64,000 nt of DNA from Oscillospiraceae bacterium (GCA_963636125.1 CAVHIP010000001.1:4981-68980), one strand, 5' to 3'. Shown: positions 23,009 through 33,034, counted from the first letter of the stretch. Notes: generated from the letters alone by a model not told the origin. Numbers and translations are program-made.

Positions 23009-24541
23009 TTACTCCCACTCCACGGTCGCAGGCGGTTTTGAAGTAATATCATAAACGACGCGGGAGACGTTCTTCACCTCGTTGGTTATGCGGTTGGAAG
23101 CCGCCTCAAGCACGTCATACGGCAGACGCGTCCACTGAGCGGTCATAAAGTCATCGGTTGTAACGGCGCGGAGAGCGACGGTATAGCCGTAGGTTCTGAA
23201 GTCGCCCATAACGCCGACGCTCCGGCAGTCGGTAATAACGGCGAAGTATTGATTGGAGAGTTTTTCGCACCCGCTCTTTGCCATTTCCTCTCTGAAAATC
23301 GCATCCGTTTCGCGCAATATGGCAAGCTTTTCTTCCGTGATTTCTCCGATAACGCGCACGCCGAGGCCCGGGCCGGGGAACGGCTGGCGAAATACCATGT
23401 TCTCGGGTAGGCCCAGCTTCAGGCCTATTTCTCTCACTTCGTCCTTAAAAAGAAGCCTCAGCGGCTCGACGATTTCCGAAAACAGCATATTCTCCGGCAG
23501 ACCGCCGACATTATGGTGGCTCTTTATCGTCGCCGACTTGCCTTTTCCGCTTTCAACAACATCGGGATATATCGTGCCCTGGGCAAGCACCTCGATATTG
23601 CCTATGGCGCGCGCCTGTTCTTCGAAAACGCGTATAAATTCCTCGCCGATTATTTTTCTCTTTTTCTCCGGCTCCGTCACGCCTGCAAGTTTTTTGAGAA
23701 ATCTCTCCTGCGCGTTTACACGGATAAGATTAAGGCCGAATTTGCCCTTAAAAAGGGACTCAACATAATCGCCTTCGCCCTTGCGGAGAAGACCGTGATC
23801 GACAAAGACACATGTGAGATCATCGCCTATCGCCTTGTGCAGAAGCACTGCCGCAACAGAGGAATCGACGCCGCCGGAAAGCGCAAGAAGCACTTTTCTT
23901 CCTTTGAGCTCACGGCGATATTTTTCAATAGAGCTTTCGGCAAAATCGCCGACGTTCCAATCCGCTTTGCATCCGCAAACCTTGAATATAAAGTTTTTCA
24001 GCGCGGTCTGCCCGTACTCGCTGTGGGTTACCTCCGGATGGAACTGCACACCGTAGAGTTTTCTCTCTTCGTCCGCCATTGCGGCGCAGGGGCAATTATC
24101 GGTATACGCGGTAATTTCAAATCCATCGGGTACGCGTTTTACATAGTCGGTATGGCTCATCCAAAAGACACTCTTTTCGGGCACATCCTCGAAAATGAGG
24201 CACTTTTTCGTATAAACCTCGCTTCTGCCGTACTCGCTGTTGTTCATCGCGGAGGCTATCTCGCCGCCCGCCATATACGCCATAAGCTGATGTCCGTAGC
24301 AGATGCCCAAAACGGGTATATTCAGACTCAGCACGGCCGGATCAAAGTGCGGCGAGCTTTCATCAAAAACGCTGTTCGGACCGCCGGTGAAAATAACGCC
24401 CTTATATCCCGCTGCCTTTATATCGGCAACGGTTATTGCATCGTATGGCTTTATTTCAGCGTACACGCGCTCGCTGCGCACACGTCTGGCAATAAGCTGG
24501 TTATACTGCCCGCCGAAATCCAAAACAAGTATTTTATCCAT
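23009..24541 (-). CDS. guaA: GMP synthase (glutamine-hydrolysing)
   Basis: [22 protein letters not shown].., GICYGHQ, the ATP-PPase loop [10 protein letters not shown], and the C-terminal PPATVEWE. Confidence 0.95.
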   Translation of the reverse strand: MDKILVLDFGGQYNQLIARRVRSERVYAEIKPYDAITVADIKAAGYKGVIFTGGPNSVFDESSPHFDPAVLSLNIPVLGICYGHQLMAYMAGGEIASAMNNSEYGRSEVYTKKCLIFEDVPEKSVFWMSHTDYVKRVPDGFEITAYTDNCPCAAMADEERKLYGVQFHPEVTHSEYGQTALKNFIFKVCGCKADWNVGDFAESSIEKYRRELKGRKVLLALSGGVDSSVAAVLLHKAIGDDLTCVFVDHGLLRKGEGDYVESLFKGKFGLNLIRVNAQERFLKKLAGVTEPEKKRKIIGEEFIRVFEEQARAIGNIEVLAQGTIYPDVVESGKGKSATIKSHHNVGGLPENMLFSEIVEPLRLLFKDEVREIGLKLGLPENMVFRQPFPGPGLGVRVIGEITEEKLAILRETDAIFREEMAKSGCEKLSNQYFAVITDCRSVGVMGDFRTYGYTVALRAVTTDDFMTAQWTRLPYDVLEAASNRITNEVKNVSRVVYDITSKPPATVEWE

Positions 24542-25956
24542 TACACTTCGATTTCCTTTGACTGAATTTTTGCGCCGGAAATAATCGGAGAGAGCTTCGC
24601 AAGATAGTTTTCAACCTGCTGCTCCGCGCGACCGGTAAATTTTTTCGCGTCAAGCAGCGCTTTAAGCTCCGCAGAAGACAGTCCGAGCTGCTTCTCGTTT
24701 GCAAGGCGCTCGGCGAGATCGCAGGGAAGACCTTCCTTCATCCTTGCCGTCGCCTCCATGGAGCATCGACGGATAATCTCATGCAGTTGCTGGCGATCCC
24801 CGCCTTTTTTCACGGCCTCCATAAGTATATTCTCCGTAGCGATAAACGGCAAGTACTCATCGACGCTCTTTTCGATAATCTTTTCGTTTACCTTGAGTCC
24901 GGAAACAACGTTGTCGGCAAGTCTCAAAATACTGTCGCAGCAAAGAAATCCTTCGGGCAGACTTACGCGGCGGTTTGCGGAATCGTCAAGCGTTCTTTCA
25001 AACCACTGCGTCGACGCCGTCATGGGCGCGTTGAGCGCGTCCGCCATAAGATATCTTGAAAGAGAGCATATTCTCTCGCATCTCATAGGATTACGCTTAT
25101 ACGCCATTGCGGAAGAGCCGACCTGATTCTCTTCAAACGGCTCTTCAACCTGTCTGTCGTGCTGGAGGAGGCGTATATCATTCGCCATTTTACAGCAGCT
25201 CTGCGCAATCGATGAAAGGACGTTCAATATTCTGCTGTCAAGTTTTCTCGGATAGGTCTGCCCGACTACGTCAAAGCATTTCTCAAAGCCGAAATCCGAC
25301 GCGATGAGAGCGTTCATGCGGTCAATTTTATCGCCGTCACCGTCAAAGAGCTCCATAAAGCTCGCTTCGGTTCCGGTTGTACCGCGCGCGCCGCGAAATT
25401 TCACGCAGGATATAACATAGTCAAGCTCGTCAACATCGCCGACAAAATCCGAAAGCCAGAGGCAGGCGCGTTTGCCGACCGTCACGGGCTGGGCATTTTG
25501 ATAATGGGTATAGCCGAGCGTGGGAAGAGCCTTGTATTTTTCCGCAAACTCCGCGAGAGATGCGCAAACGGAAAGAAGTCTCTCCCGGACAAGCTTGAGA
25601 GCGTCGCGATATATAATAAGGTCTGCGTTGTCGGTGACAAAACAGCTTGTCGCGCCGAGATGGATTATTCCCGCCGCCTCGGGCGCCGCCTTTCCGTAGG
25701 CATATATGTGCGCCATCACATCATGGCGGACTTGACGCTCACGCTCGCGGACGCAGTCATAATCAATGTTGTCAACATTATCGGCAAGAGCTTTTATCTG
25801 TTCGTCGCTTATGTCAAGCCCCATGGTCTTCTCCGCCTTTGCAAGAGAAAGCCAGAGTTTTCGCCATGTGCTATAACGGTTGTCGGAAGAAAAAAGCTTC
25901 TGCATCTCCTCCGATGCGTATCTGCCGGAAAAGGGCGACTGATATGTGTCTGTCAT
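24541..25956 (-). CDS. purB: Adenylosuccinate lyase
   Basis: 471 aa fumarate-lyase fold with the signature [11 protein letters not shown]. Its stop overlaps the guaA start (TAATG). Confidence 0.9.
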   Translation of the reverse strand: MTDTYQSPFSGRYASEEMQKLFSSDNRYSTWRKLWLSLAKAEKTMGLDISDEQIKALADNVDNIDYDCVRERERQVRHDVMAHIYAYGKAAPEAAGIIHLGATSCFVTDNADLIIYRDALKLVRERLLSVCASLAEFAEKYKALPTLGYTHYQNAQPVTVGKRACLWLSDFVGDVDELDYVISCVKFRGARGTTGTEASFMELFDGDGDKIDRMNALIASDFGFEKCFDVVGQTYPRKLDSRILNVLSSIAQSCCKMANDIRLLQHDRQVEEPFEENQVGSSAMAYKRNPMRCERICSLSRYLMADALNAPMTASTQWFERTLDDSANRRVSLPEGFLCCDSILRLADNVVSGLKVNEKIIEKSVDEYLPFIATENILMEAVKKGGDRQQLHEIIRRCSMEATARMKEGLPCDLAERLANEKQLGLSSAELKALLDAKKFTGRAEQQVENYLAKLSPIISGAKIQSKEIEV

Positions 25957-25960
25957 TTGC

Positions 25961-27241
25961 TTATGCCTTCCTGATTATTATGCTGTCTCTTTCTGCGCCG
26001 ACAGAAATATATGTAATGGGGCATCCTATCGCTTTTTCTATATATTCGACATACTCTCTCGCCTGAACGGGCAGATCGTCCCACTCCTTGACGGAGGAAA
26101 TATCCGTCTGCCAGCCGTCGAAATATTCAATGACGGGTTTTGCGTATTGAAGCTGTGTCGGGAACGGGAACTTATCGGTCACGCTGCCGTTTATCTCGTA
26201 AGCGGTGCACACGGGGATGGCTTTCATATAACTTAAAACATCGAGTTTCGTCAGCGCAATCTCCGTTGCGTCCTGAACTTCAACGCCGTAACGCGTGGCA
26301 ACCGCGTCAAATGCGCCGACGCGTCTGGGTCTTCCGGTTTTTGCGCCGTATTCCGCGCCTGCTGCGCGAAGCGCATCGGCCTCCTCGCCGAACATCTCGC
26401 TTACAAACGGGCCTTCGCCGACGCAGGTGGAATACGCCTTTACTATGCCGACGATGTCATCTATTTTAACAGACGGACATCCCGCGCCGACTGGGGCGTA
26501 AGCGGCCGTGGTATTGCTGGATGTGGTGTAGGGATATATGCCGCAGTCAAGATCTCTCAGCGAACCGAGTTGTGCCTCGAAGAGTACCTTTTTACCCGCT
26601 TTCTGCGAATCGCGCAGATATGTCATGGTGTCGCAGATATAGGGCTTTATCGCCACGCAGTATTCCTCAACCCACTGCTCAAGCCGCTCCATACTCCACG
26701 CTGTACCGCCGTACGCGCCCTCAATGATGAGATTTTTCCACTCAAGCAGATCACGCAGGTGCGCGCGCAGTCCCTGAGGATAGAAAAGCTCCCCGGCAAG
26801 AACGGTTTTCTTCTGGTATTTATCTGAATAAAAGGGCGCGATTCCCTGTTTGGTTGAGCCGTATTTTTTATCTTTGAGTCTCTGTTCCTCAAGCTCATCG
26901 AGCTCCCTGTGCCATGGCAGAAGGAGCGAGGCCCTGTCGCTTATTTTGAGATTTTCCGGTGTGATGGAAATTCCCTGAGAGGTGAGAGTTTTTATCTCTT
27001 TAATAAGATTTTCCGCGTCGAGCGCCACCCCGTTTCCGAGGATGTTGACAACGCCGTCTCTGAAAATGCCGGAAGGAAGCAGATGAAGAGCGAACTTTCC
27101 CTTTTCGTTCACAACGGTATGCCCCGCGTTGCCGCCGCCCTGAAAACGCACGACAATATCATAATTTTCCGTGAGCAGGTCTACCATTCTGCCTTTGCCT
27201 TCATCGCCCCAATTAATACCTACAACCGCACAATTTGACAT
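25961..27241 (-). CDS. purA: Adenylosuccinate synthetase
   Basis: The N-terminus is VVGINWGDEGKGRMVDLL with GGGNAGHTV. The protein is 426 aa. Confidence 0.95.
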   Translation of the reverse strand: MSNCAVVGINWGDEGKGRMVDLLTENYDIVVRFQGGGNAGHTVVNEKGKFALHLLPSGIFRDGVVNILGNGVALDAENLIKEIKTLTSQGISITPENLKISDRASLLLPWHRELDELEEQRLKDKKYGSTKQGIAPFYSDKYQKKTVLAGELFYPQGLRAHLRDLLEWKNLIIEGAYGGTAWSMERLEQWVEEYCVAIKPYICDTMTYLRDSQKAGKKVLFEAQLGSLRDLDCGIYPYTTSSNTTAAYAPVGAGCPSVKIDDIVGIVKAYSTCVGEGPFVSEMFGEEADALRAAGAEYGAKTGRPRRVGAFDAVATRYGVEVQDATEIALTKLDVLSYMKAIPVCTAYEINGSVTDKFPFPTQLQYAKPVIEYFDGWQTDISSVKEWDDLPVQAREYVEYIEKAIGCPITYISVGAERDSIIIRKA

Positions 27242-27392
27242 ATTACTCCTCCGAAAAACAAATTTTACAACAATTGCGTATTATATAAGAAAATGTCCGA
27301 TTTATAAAATACATATAACGTGCGCCTTTCGATACGAAAAAGATATAATAAGGAAGCGTACACGCTCTCATAAATTACGTACGCTGTCCTGC

Positions 27393-29564
27393 CTATTCTA
27401 TTCTCTGCCGTTCGACAAGCTCGGCAAAATAGCCGTTGTCATCGATAAGATCTTCATATGTGCCATCCTCTATTATCTTTCCTTTGTCAAGGACAAGTAT
27501 CCTGTCGCATTGGCGAATGGTGGAGAGCCTGTGCGCGATCACTATTCTTGTGCATTTGAGACCGTCCAACGCGTCCGACACCTTTTTCTGCGTGATATTG
27601 TCAAGCGCGGATGTAGCCTCGTCAAAGATAAGTATTTTCGGCTTCGGCGCGATGGCGCGGGCTATCATCAGCCTCTGTTTCTGGCCGCCGGAAAATCCGC
27701 CCTGCCCTTCGGAAACGATCGTATGCATTCCCATGGGCATTGCGCGTATATCATCCGCTATTCCCGCCGTCTCCGCCGCCTCCCACGCATCGTCAAGCGT
27801 AAGCCACGGCGCGGATATAGTGATGTTCGAGAAGATATCACCGTAAAACAGCTTCCCGTTTTGCATGACAACGCCGATTTTGCTGCGCAGGGATTTGAGA
27901 TCGAGGCGTTCAATATCCTGTCGGTCAAAATATATCGAGCCCTTCTGCGGCTTTTCAAAGCCCAAAATGAGTCTGACAAGGGTGGACTTGCCGCAACCCG
28001 TAGCGCCCACAAGCGCGACATATTGTCCGGCTTTTATCTGCAGAGACAGATTGTCGATAACGTTCGGCATATTCTCCGTGTATCTGAATGAGACATTGGA
28101 GAGCTCTATATTGCCGCTGACCTTTGTAACGATGCGCCTGCCTTCGCTTACCTCAGGCTGGGCATCCATTATCGGTTTTACTTCTTCCAGAACAGGCTTT
28201 ATGCCGGCGATAGTGGTCGCAACGCCTGCCAAGGAGAGAAAAGCGCCGGAAATCATAGCATAAGAAGCATTGAATGCATTAAATTCCGCCACACTGACTC
28301 CGCTTTCAACCGCGAAGAAATACAGCGCAATTGTTCCGATGAGAGAGATGGCGGTGCTTATCACGCCGTTGAGTCGCAGAAACGCCGGTTTGCCGTAGAC
28401 GAGCGAGGTTTCCTTCGCATAGAGCTCAAGCCAGCGGGAGAACATGCGTTTCTCGGCGCCGGCAAGCTTTATTTTCTGCACGCCGGTTATCATCGCGTAG
28501 GTCATGCCGCTCTCTTTGCTTTGTATATCCATTTCGCGTCTTGTATATTTCATCTGCGCAAGAGTTGTTATTACGGAAAAGACAAGAGTTGCAAGTATAA
28601 TAACAAGCGCGGGAACAACAAGCTCCGGAGCGTATTTGAAAATCTGAATTACGTATACAAGAGAAAGCAGCGATGTAAGCGATGTCGAGAAAACAGAATT
28701 AAACAGCATCGAGCTGAGAGAGTTCATGTAATCCATCTTGCATGAAAGCTCGCCTGAGCTGTAATTTTTGAAAAACGACGCAGGCAGAGACATCACGCGC
28801 GACATGGTCGCCGCCTCGGTTTTAATATTCAGTAGAGTTGAAACCTTTGAGCTGAGCATGGATTGTATCGTGGAAAACATAACCTTGCTGACCGACAGGC
28901 ACACAGAAAAAATGCCAATACTCAGCAAAAGCTGCAGGCTGTCGCTCGTCACAACCTGATTCATTATAATATAACTGATTTTCGGCGCTATCATCCCCAC
29001 AAGCATCACGGCTATCGCCGCCGCAATAACGGAGGCAACCGTAAATGCCGGAACGGATTCTATTACGAACTTGAAAAAATCCGATAAATCCATTGGGCGA
29101 AGCGGGAACGGCTTATAAAAGCACACTGCGTCGAGCCCTATGTTTTTCGCCGTTTTTTTGTTGAGCTTTACATGCTTGCCCGCGGCATCGGTGTAATAAT
29201 AGCCGCCGAATTTTCCCGGGATAAGAGCAATGGCGCTTCCATCTGTGGTACTCATGCCGAGCAGAGGCCCGGCGCAGTCCTTGTACCAGCCCTCCGTCAG
29301 TTCGACACGACGGGTCATAATCCCGTGCGGACGAAGAAGATATTCGAGCTGTTCTTCTTTTTTTGTAATATTCTCAGGAACTTCACCGGCCGCCAAATGA
29401 AAGTATCTTAAAATATCCTCAACTGCGCCCTGTACCATTTTTTCCGCCGACGTTGCGCCCGCTTTTTTTCCGAGAACGGCAGAGACAACGTTATTGTAGG
29501 CGTTTTCAAGAGCCTCGTCATCCTTCAGTTTTCTGTCCTGTATTTGGTCATTAAACCAGCCCAT
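27393..29564 (-). CDS. NHLP-type bacteriocin export ABC transporter, permease/ATPase subunit (no active peptidase domain)
   Basis: 723 aa. The N-terminus MGWFNDQIQDRKLKDDEA.. is typical of the second ABC subunit of NHLP/NHLM export systems. It has 6 TM segments, Walker A GATGCGKST, the signature FSGGQKQR and Walker B ILIFDEATSALD. Confidence 0.75.
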   Translation of the reverse strand: MGWFNDQIQDRKLKDDEALENAYNNVVSAVLGKKAGATSAEKMVQGAVEDILRYFHLAAGEVPENITKKEEQLEYLLRPHGIMTRRVELTEGWYKDCAGPLLGMSTTDGSAIALIPGKFGGYYYTDAAGKHVKLNKKTAKNIGLDAVCFYKPFPLRPMDLSDFFKFVIESVPAFTVASVIAAAIAVMLVGMIAPKISYIIMNQVVTSDSLQLLLSIGIFSVCLSVSKVMFSTIQSMLSSKVSTLLNIKTEAATMSRVMSLPASFFKNYSSGELSCKMDYMNSLSSMLFNSVFSTSLTSLLSLVYVIQIFKYAPELVVPALVIILATLVFSVITTLAQMKYTRREMDIQSKESGMTYAMITGVQKIKLAGAEKRMFSRWLELYAKETSLVYGKPAFLRLNGVISTAISLIGTIALYFFAVESGVSVAEFNAFNASYAMISGAFLSLAGVATTIAGIKPVLEEVKPIMDAQPEVSEGRRIVTKVSGNIELSNVSFRYTENMPNVIDNLSLQIKAGQYVALVGATGCGKSTLVRLILGFEKPQKGSIYFDRQDIERLDLKSLRSKIGVVMQNGKLFYGDIFSNITISAPWLTLDDAWEAAETAGIADDIRAMPMGMHTIVSEGQGGFSGGQKQRLMIARAIAPKPKILIFDEATSALDNITQKKVSDALDGLKCTRIVIAHRLSTIRQCDRILVLDKGKIIEDGTYEDLIDDNGYFAELVERQRIE

Positions 29565-29578
29565 TCAAACGCCTCCTT

Positions 29579-31759
29579 TCATTCGCTCGTGACAAGCTGC
29601 GCGTACATGCCGTTGAGCGCCATAAGCTCGGAATGGGTCCCGCGCTCTGCAACCTTGCCGTGGTCAAGGACAATAATTTCATCGCAGTCGCGTATGGTCG
29701 AGAGCCTGTGCGCAATCACAATGCAGGTAATGCCCCTGTCTTTTATCGCGTTTACAACCTCGTATTCCGTGCGCGCGTCAAGAGCGGATGTGGCTTCGTC
29801 CATGATTATAATGGTCGGATCCTGCGCAAGCACACGGGCGATTTCCATGCGTTGGCGCTGGCCGCCGGAGAAATCCTTTCCGCCTTCGGTGATCACATAT
29901 TGATATCCGCCGTCTCGCATCATGATATCGTCATGCAGCTTCGCGTCGCGCGCCGCCATAATCATCTCAAAGTCCTCTATGGTTTTGTCCCACATTTTTA
30001 TGTTGTTGGCAATTGTATCCTCAAAAAGTATTATGTCCTGGTCAACAACGGCGAGAGAACCGGTGAAAACGCTTCTGTCTATTTCTTCCCTGCGCTTGCC
30101 GCCGTATAGGATTTCTCCGCTCCACGGCTGATACAGGCCGGAAATCAGCTTTGACAGAGTCGACTTGCCGCAGCCGGAGGCGCCGACAAACGCGACGCGG
30201 CTGCCCGGCTTAAGCTTCATGCTGAAGTTTTCGATAAGGGGAGGAGCGAGCTTTGAATATCCGAATGTGACGTTTTTAAGCTCAATTTCCCCGTTCAGCT
30301 TGCTGTATTCCCCTTCTTTTTCGTTCTCCCGCTCTTCGCAATTGGGATCCGTCGGGTATTTCATAACATCGTCGACGCGCTCCATTTTTGTGGTCATTTC
30401 CTGAATCGTCTGTCCGGCGGAGATGAGAGAGCTTGCGGGAGCAATGAACGATGTCAGATAGAGCATAAACGCGGTTACTTTACCGATAGTGAATTTGCCG
30501 CACATAACAAACCAAATGCCCATCAGCATAATAGTCGTCTGCGACAGCTCATTTACTATCACGGGAATCATGCCGAGCATATTGTTAAGCTTCGAGAAAC
30601 TTGTGTTCTGTGTGTTCACGCTCGCCTGAAATCCCGACCAGCGTTCAAAATAACCGTTTTCGGTGCCGCTTGATTTTATAGTCTCTATCATTTCGATGCC
30701 GGCAATCGTGGCGCTTGAAAGCTTGCCCATATCGCGCATCTGCACCCTTGTGACATTAATGCGTTTTTGTGAGATAAAGCGCGATACAAGAGAATCTATA
30801 ATAATCGAGGCAATGCCGACAATCGTCAGCTGCCAGCTGTAGCGCAACATAACGACGAGATAAAACACCATCATCCCCGCCTGCAAGACAAGCGGCGCGA
30901 GCGTGCCTATAAGGGTGTTGGCAATGCTTGCGTTGTCGTTCTGACGCTGCTGAATATCGCCCGCCATGCGCTGAGAGAAAAATTCCATCGGCATATGCAA
31001 TACCCGCCAGAGAAACGACGTGCTGCCGATTACAGACATTTTGCCCTTTATTTTGAGCTGAGTAAGAGCATCGGCGGTCGCCGTAATCAGCTGCAAGGCC
31101 GCAATAACGCTCATCGCGATAATAAACGGCGCAAACCAATCCGGATTTTCGCCCGTAAGCAGGCGGTCATAAAAGACGCGCGTAAACGCGGGATTTATAA
31201 CGCCCATCAGCGATGAAATAAGCGTGGTGAGAACAATAAAAACTATCGCAGGCATCGCGCCCTTCAGACGTTCCTTCGCAAAGGCGAGCACGCTTTTGGG
31301 CTTGCCGCCCGGTTCAAACTTATCCGTCGGCTCAAACATGAGGCAAACGCCGGTAAAAGAGCGGTCAAACTCCTCCATAGAGATAGTGAGCGAGCCTCTC
31401 GCCGGATCGTTAATAACAACCTTGTTGCCCTTGAAGCCGCAACAGACGACGAAATGATTGAAGTCCCAATGTACTATACAAGGAAAATGTCCTTCATTGC
31501 GCAATTCTTCCGGCTCAAACCTGTATCCCTGCGCCTTCAGCCCGTAGCTTCTCGCCGCGATGAGGATGTTCCTCGCATTAGAACCATCACGAGATACGCC
31601 GCAATCGGAACGCACCTGTTCGAGCGGTATCCATTTATCATAATAGGCAAGTATCATTGTCAGCGCGGCGGCGCCGCATTCCAGCGCCTCCATCTGCATG
31701 ACCACCGGCACCCTTGCCCAGCCCTTTTTAACCGGAGCTTTTACTTTTTTCTCTGCCAT
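29579..31759 (-). CDS. Bacteriocin/peptide export ABC transporter with N-terminal C39 cysteine peptidase domain
   Basis: The C39 motif is QMEALECGAAALTMILAYY.. with HFVV. Also present: an ABC transmembrane domain, Walker A GASGCGKST, FSGGQRQR and IIIMDEATSALD. The start was taken at the ATG at 31759 (MAEKKVK) because the AGGAGA RBS lies inside the track's MRRIAM extension. Confidence 0.8.
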   Translation of the reverse strand: MAEKKVKAPVKKGWARVPVVMQMEALECGAAALTMILAYYDKWIPLEQVRSDCGVSRDGSNARNILIAARSYGLKAQGYRFEPEELRNEGHFPCIVHWDFNHFVVCCGFKGNKVVINDPARGSLTISMEEFDRSFTGVCLMFEPTDKFEPGGKPKSVLAFAKERLKGAMPAIVFIVLTTLISSLMGVINPAFTRVFYDRLLTGENPDWFAPFIIAMSVIAALQLITATADALTQLKIKGKMSVIGSTSFLWRVLHMPMEFFSQRMAGDIQQRQNDNASIANTLIGTLAPLVLQAGMMVFYLVVMLRYSWQLTIVGIASIIIDSLVSRFISQKRINVTRVQMRDMGKLSSATIAGIEMIETIKSSGTENGYFERWSGFQASVNTQNTSFSKLNNMLGMIPVIVNELSQTTIMLMGIWFVMCGKFTIGKVTAFMLYLTSFIAPASSLISAGQTIQEMTTKMERVDDVMKYPTDPNCEERENEKEGEYSKLNGEIELKNVTFGYSKLAPPLIENFSMKLKPGSRVAFVGASGCGKSTLSKLISGLYQPWSGEILYGGKRREEIDRSVFTGSLAVVDQDIILFEDTIANNIKMWDKTIEDFEMIMAARDAKLHDDIMMRDGGYQYVITEGGKDFSGGQRQRMEIARVLAQDPTIIIMDEATSALDARTEYEVVNAIKDRGITCIVIAHRLSTIRDCDEIIVLDHGKVAERGTHSELMALNGMYAQLVTSE

Positions 31760-31780
31760 TGCAATTCTCCTCATACTGTT

Positions 31781-31811
31781 ATTTCATTAAAATTGTCAAT
31801 TTTAATGAAAT
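31781..31811. repeat. 31-bp perfect palindrome
   Basis: ATTTCATTAAAATTG t CAATTTTAATGAAAT, with 15-nt arms. It lies in the intercistronic gap of the exporter operon. Confidence 0.8.
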
Positions 31812-31859
31812 CTTTTGAAGCCTGCAAGAGCCTTGCTTTGCAAGGTTAGGCTTCAAAAG
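31812..31859. repeat. Conserved palindromic element, copy A (12-bp outer stem plus inner 6-bp stem)
   Basis: CTTTTGAAGCCT ..CCTTGC ttt GCAAGG.. AGGCTTCAAAAG. Identical arms and flanks (TTAATGAAA, GGTT) recur at 43647-43700 in inverted orientation. Confidence 0.75.
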
Positions 31860-31895
31860 CCGTCTGATACGAAAACTACGCCGCTGCGGCGGCTA

Positions 31896-31927
31896 TTAAG
31901 ACATTTAATTGTCATTAAATGTCTTAA
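31896..31927. repeat. 32-bp palindrome / hairpin
   Basis: TTAAGACATTTAAT tgtc ATTAAATGTCTTAA, with 14-nt arms. It starts 14 nt after the stop of the adaptor gene. Confidence 0.8.
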
Positions 31928-31940
31928 TCAGTTTTCAGTA

Positions 31941-32414
31941 TCAGTTAAACACAAAGGACATGGGGCTAACCTGCTCGGTGATAATTTTGGCGGAATAGGT
32001 ACCCGACGGAAGCGCCGCGTCGATTTTGGCATTGTACAGCCACTCTCCGCTTGTAAACCCTCCTATATGTCGGTCATAATCCGAAAAGTTGTCGTCTGCC
32101 TTCTCGGGATCGGATGACATACTGCCGAGAATATAAGTTTCACCGCTAATTTTCACAGGCATTCCTTCCGCGCACTCCGTTTTGTCGGCTTCGCGGATAT
32201 AGCACAGCGTTTCCTTGCCATCGCTCACGGCGCATACCGTAATGCTGCTTTCAATTGTGCCGAAAACGCCCCATACGCACGCGCCGGCAAGCAAAATCAC
32301 AATCGCCGCCAACAGCAGCCATATTCCGGGATTTGACACGCGTATATAATCGTTAAGCTGCTCAGGGGATGATATTCTTTCGATGCTTTTTTCTCTGAAA
32401 ACGCCGTTATCCAT
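31941..32414 (-). CDS. Miniature HlyD-like secretion adaptor of the NHLP-type export system
   Basis: 157 aa. The N-terminus REKSIERISSPEQLNDYIRVSNPGIWLLLAAIVILLAG (cytoplasmic tail plus one TM) and the C-terminal GTYSAKIITEQVSPMSFV resemble the ends of NHLM/HlyD secretion proteins. The coiled-coil middle is missing. Confidence 0.6.
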   Translation of the reverse strand: MDNGVFREKSIERISSPEQLNDYIRVSNPGIWLLLAAIVILLAGACVWGVFGTIESSITVCAVSDGKETLCYIREADKTECAEGMPVKISGETYILGSMSSDPEKADDNFSDYDRHIGGFTSGEWLYNAKIDAALPSGTYSAKIITEQVSPMSFVFN

Positions 32415-32628
32415 GACAGTTCCTCCAAATCCGCTTTATATCATATCCGCGCGGATTAGCGCAATATTTCCGAAATGCCCGCACTTCAGAATGCGGCTCT
32501 TGCCTTAAATTTTAGCACAGAATCATATAAAATGGAACAGGCAATTGCGCCCATCTGATGAAAAATGCGTATTTGAGCATAAAAAAGCCAATGCAGAGAC
32601 AAGCTTCGCATTGACCGGTTATTTTATG

Positions 32629-32961
32629 TTATTGTTTGGTATTCTGCACGGTGACAATACGGCTCACCGTGACTTTTTTCCCGAGGTAGGTTGCGGAATA
32701 GACAATCTCCGTATCTCCCGGAACGCCGCTGTCAATCGTGCCGGAGATGACAACGGGCAATGTGCTTCCGCTCGGGTCTTTTGCAATCGCGCCTAATTCG
32801 CTGTACGGCTCTTCAAGCTCGAGATAAACATGCTCGCTCCCGTTCAGTTCAATGGTCGGGGATGAGCATATTACCGCCGCGGCAAAAAAAATAATGATGC
32901 AGCAGGCGGCAAATACGATAAACCATAGATGTCTTTTTGAAAGTCTTTGCGGTTTGATCAT
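32629..32961 (-). CDS. Membrane-anchored protein with a single bacterial Ig-like (DUF5011-like) domain
   Basis: 110 aa with an N-terminal TM anchor. It is followed by IELNGSEHVYLELEEPYSELGAIAKDPSGSTLPVVISGTIDSGVPGDTEIVYSATY..VSRIVTV, the typical pattern of this Ig-like domain. Confidence 0.5.
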   Translation of the reverse strand: MIKPQRLSKRHLWFIVFAACCIIIFFAAAVICSSPTIELNGSEHVYLELEEPYSELGAIAKDPSGSTLPVVISGTIDSGVPGDTEIVYSATYLGKKVTVSRIVTVQNTKQ

Positions 32962-33034
32962 TTATAAACTCCATGAATCTCTATATTCTGCCAAATGATT
33001 ATTATACAGCATTCAGCCTGATGCCGCAACACTT

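Noticed and set aside
27242-27392. A purine riboswitch or PurR box upstream of purA-purB-guaA
   Set aside because: The leader lacks the conserved purine-aptamer core sequences, and I found no PurBox-like CGAAC motif pair.
31853-31915. A 20-codon minus-strand ORF (MTIKCLNSRRSGVVFVSDGF) in the exporter spacer, considered as a possible bacteriocin precursor
   Set aside because: It has no RBS, no GG/GA leader cleavage motif and no NHLP-like leader. It is embedded in the hairpin arms, so it is most likely fortuitous.
32415-32508. Possible regulatory leader of the exporter operon (AATCCGC ... GCGGATT stem abutting the GGAGG RBS, plus a CCGCA/TGCGG hairpin)
   Set aside because: The stems are short (5-7 bp) and I cannot show conservation. 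This is too weak to call a riboregulator.
32512-32580. A 22-codon minus-strand ORF (MLKYAFFIRWAQLPVPFYMILC) upstream of the adaptor gene
   Set aside because: It has no RBS and overlaps the predicted promoter (TGcTAAAAT at 32517-32509). There is no double-glycine motif.
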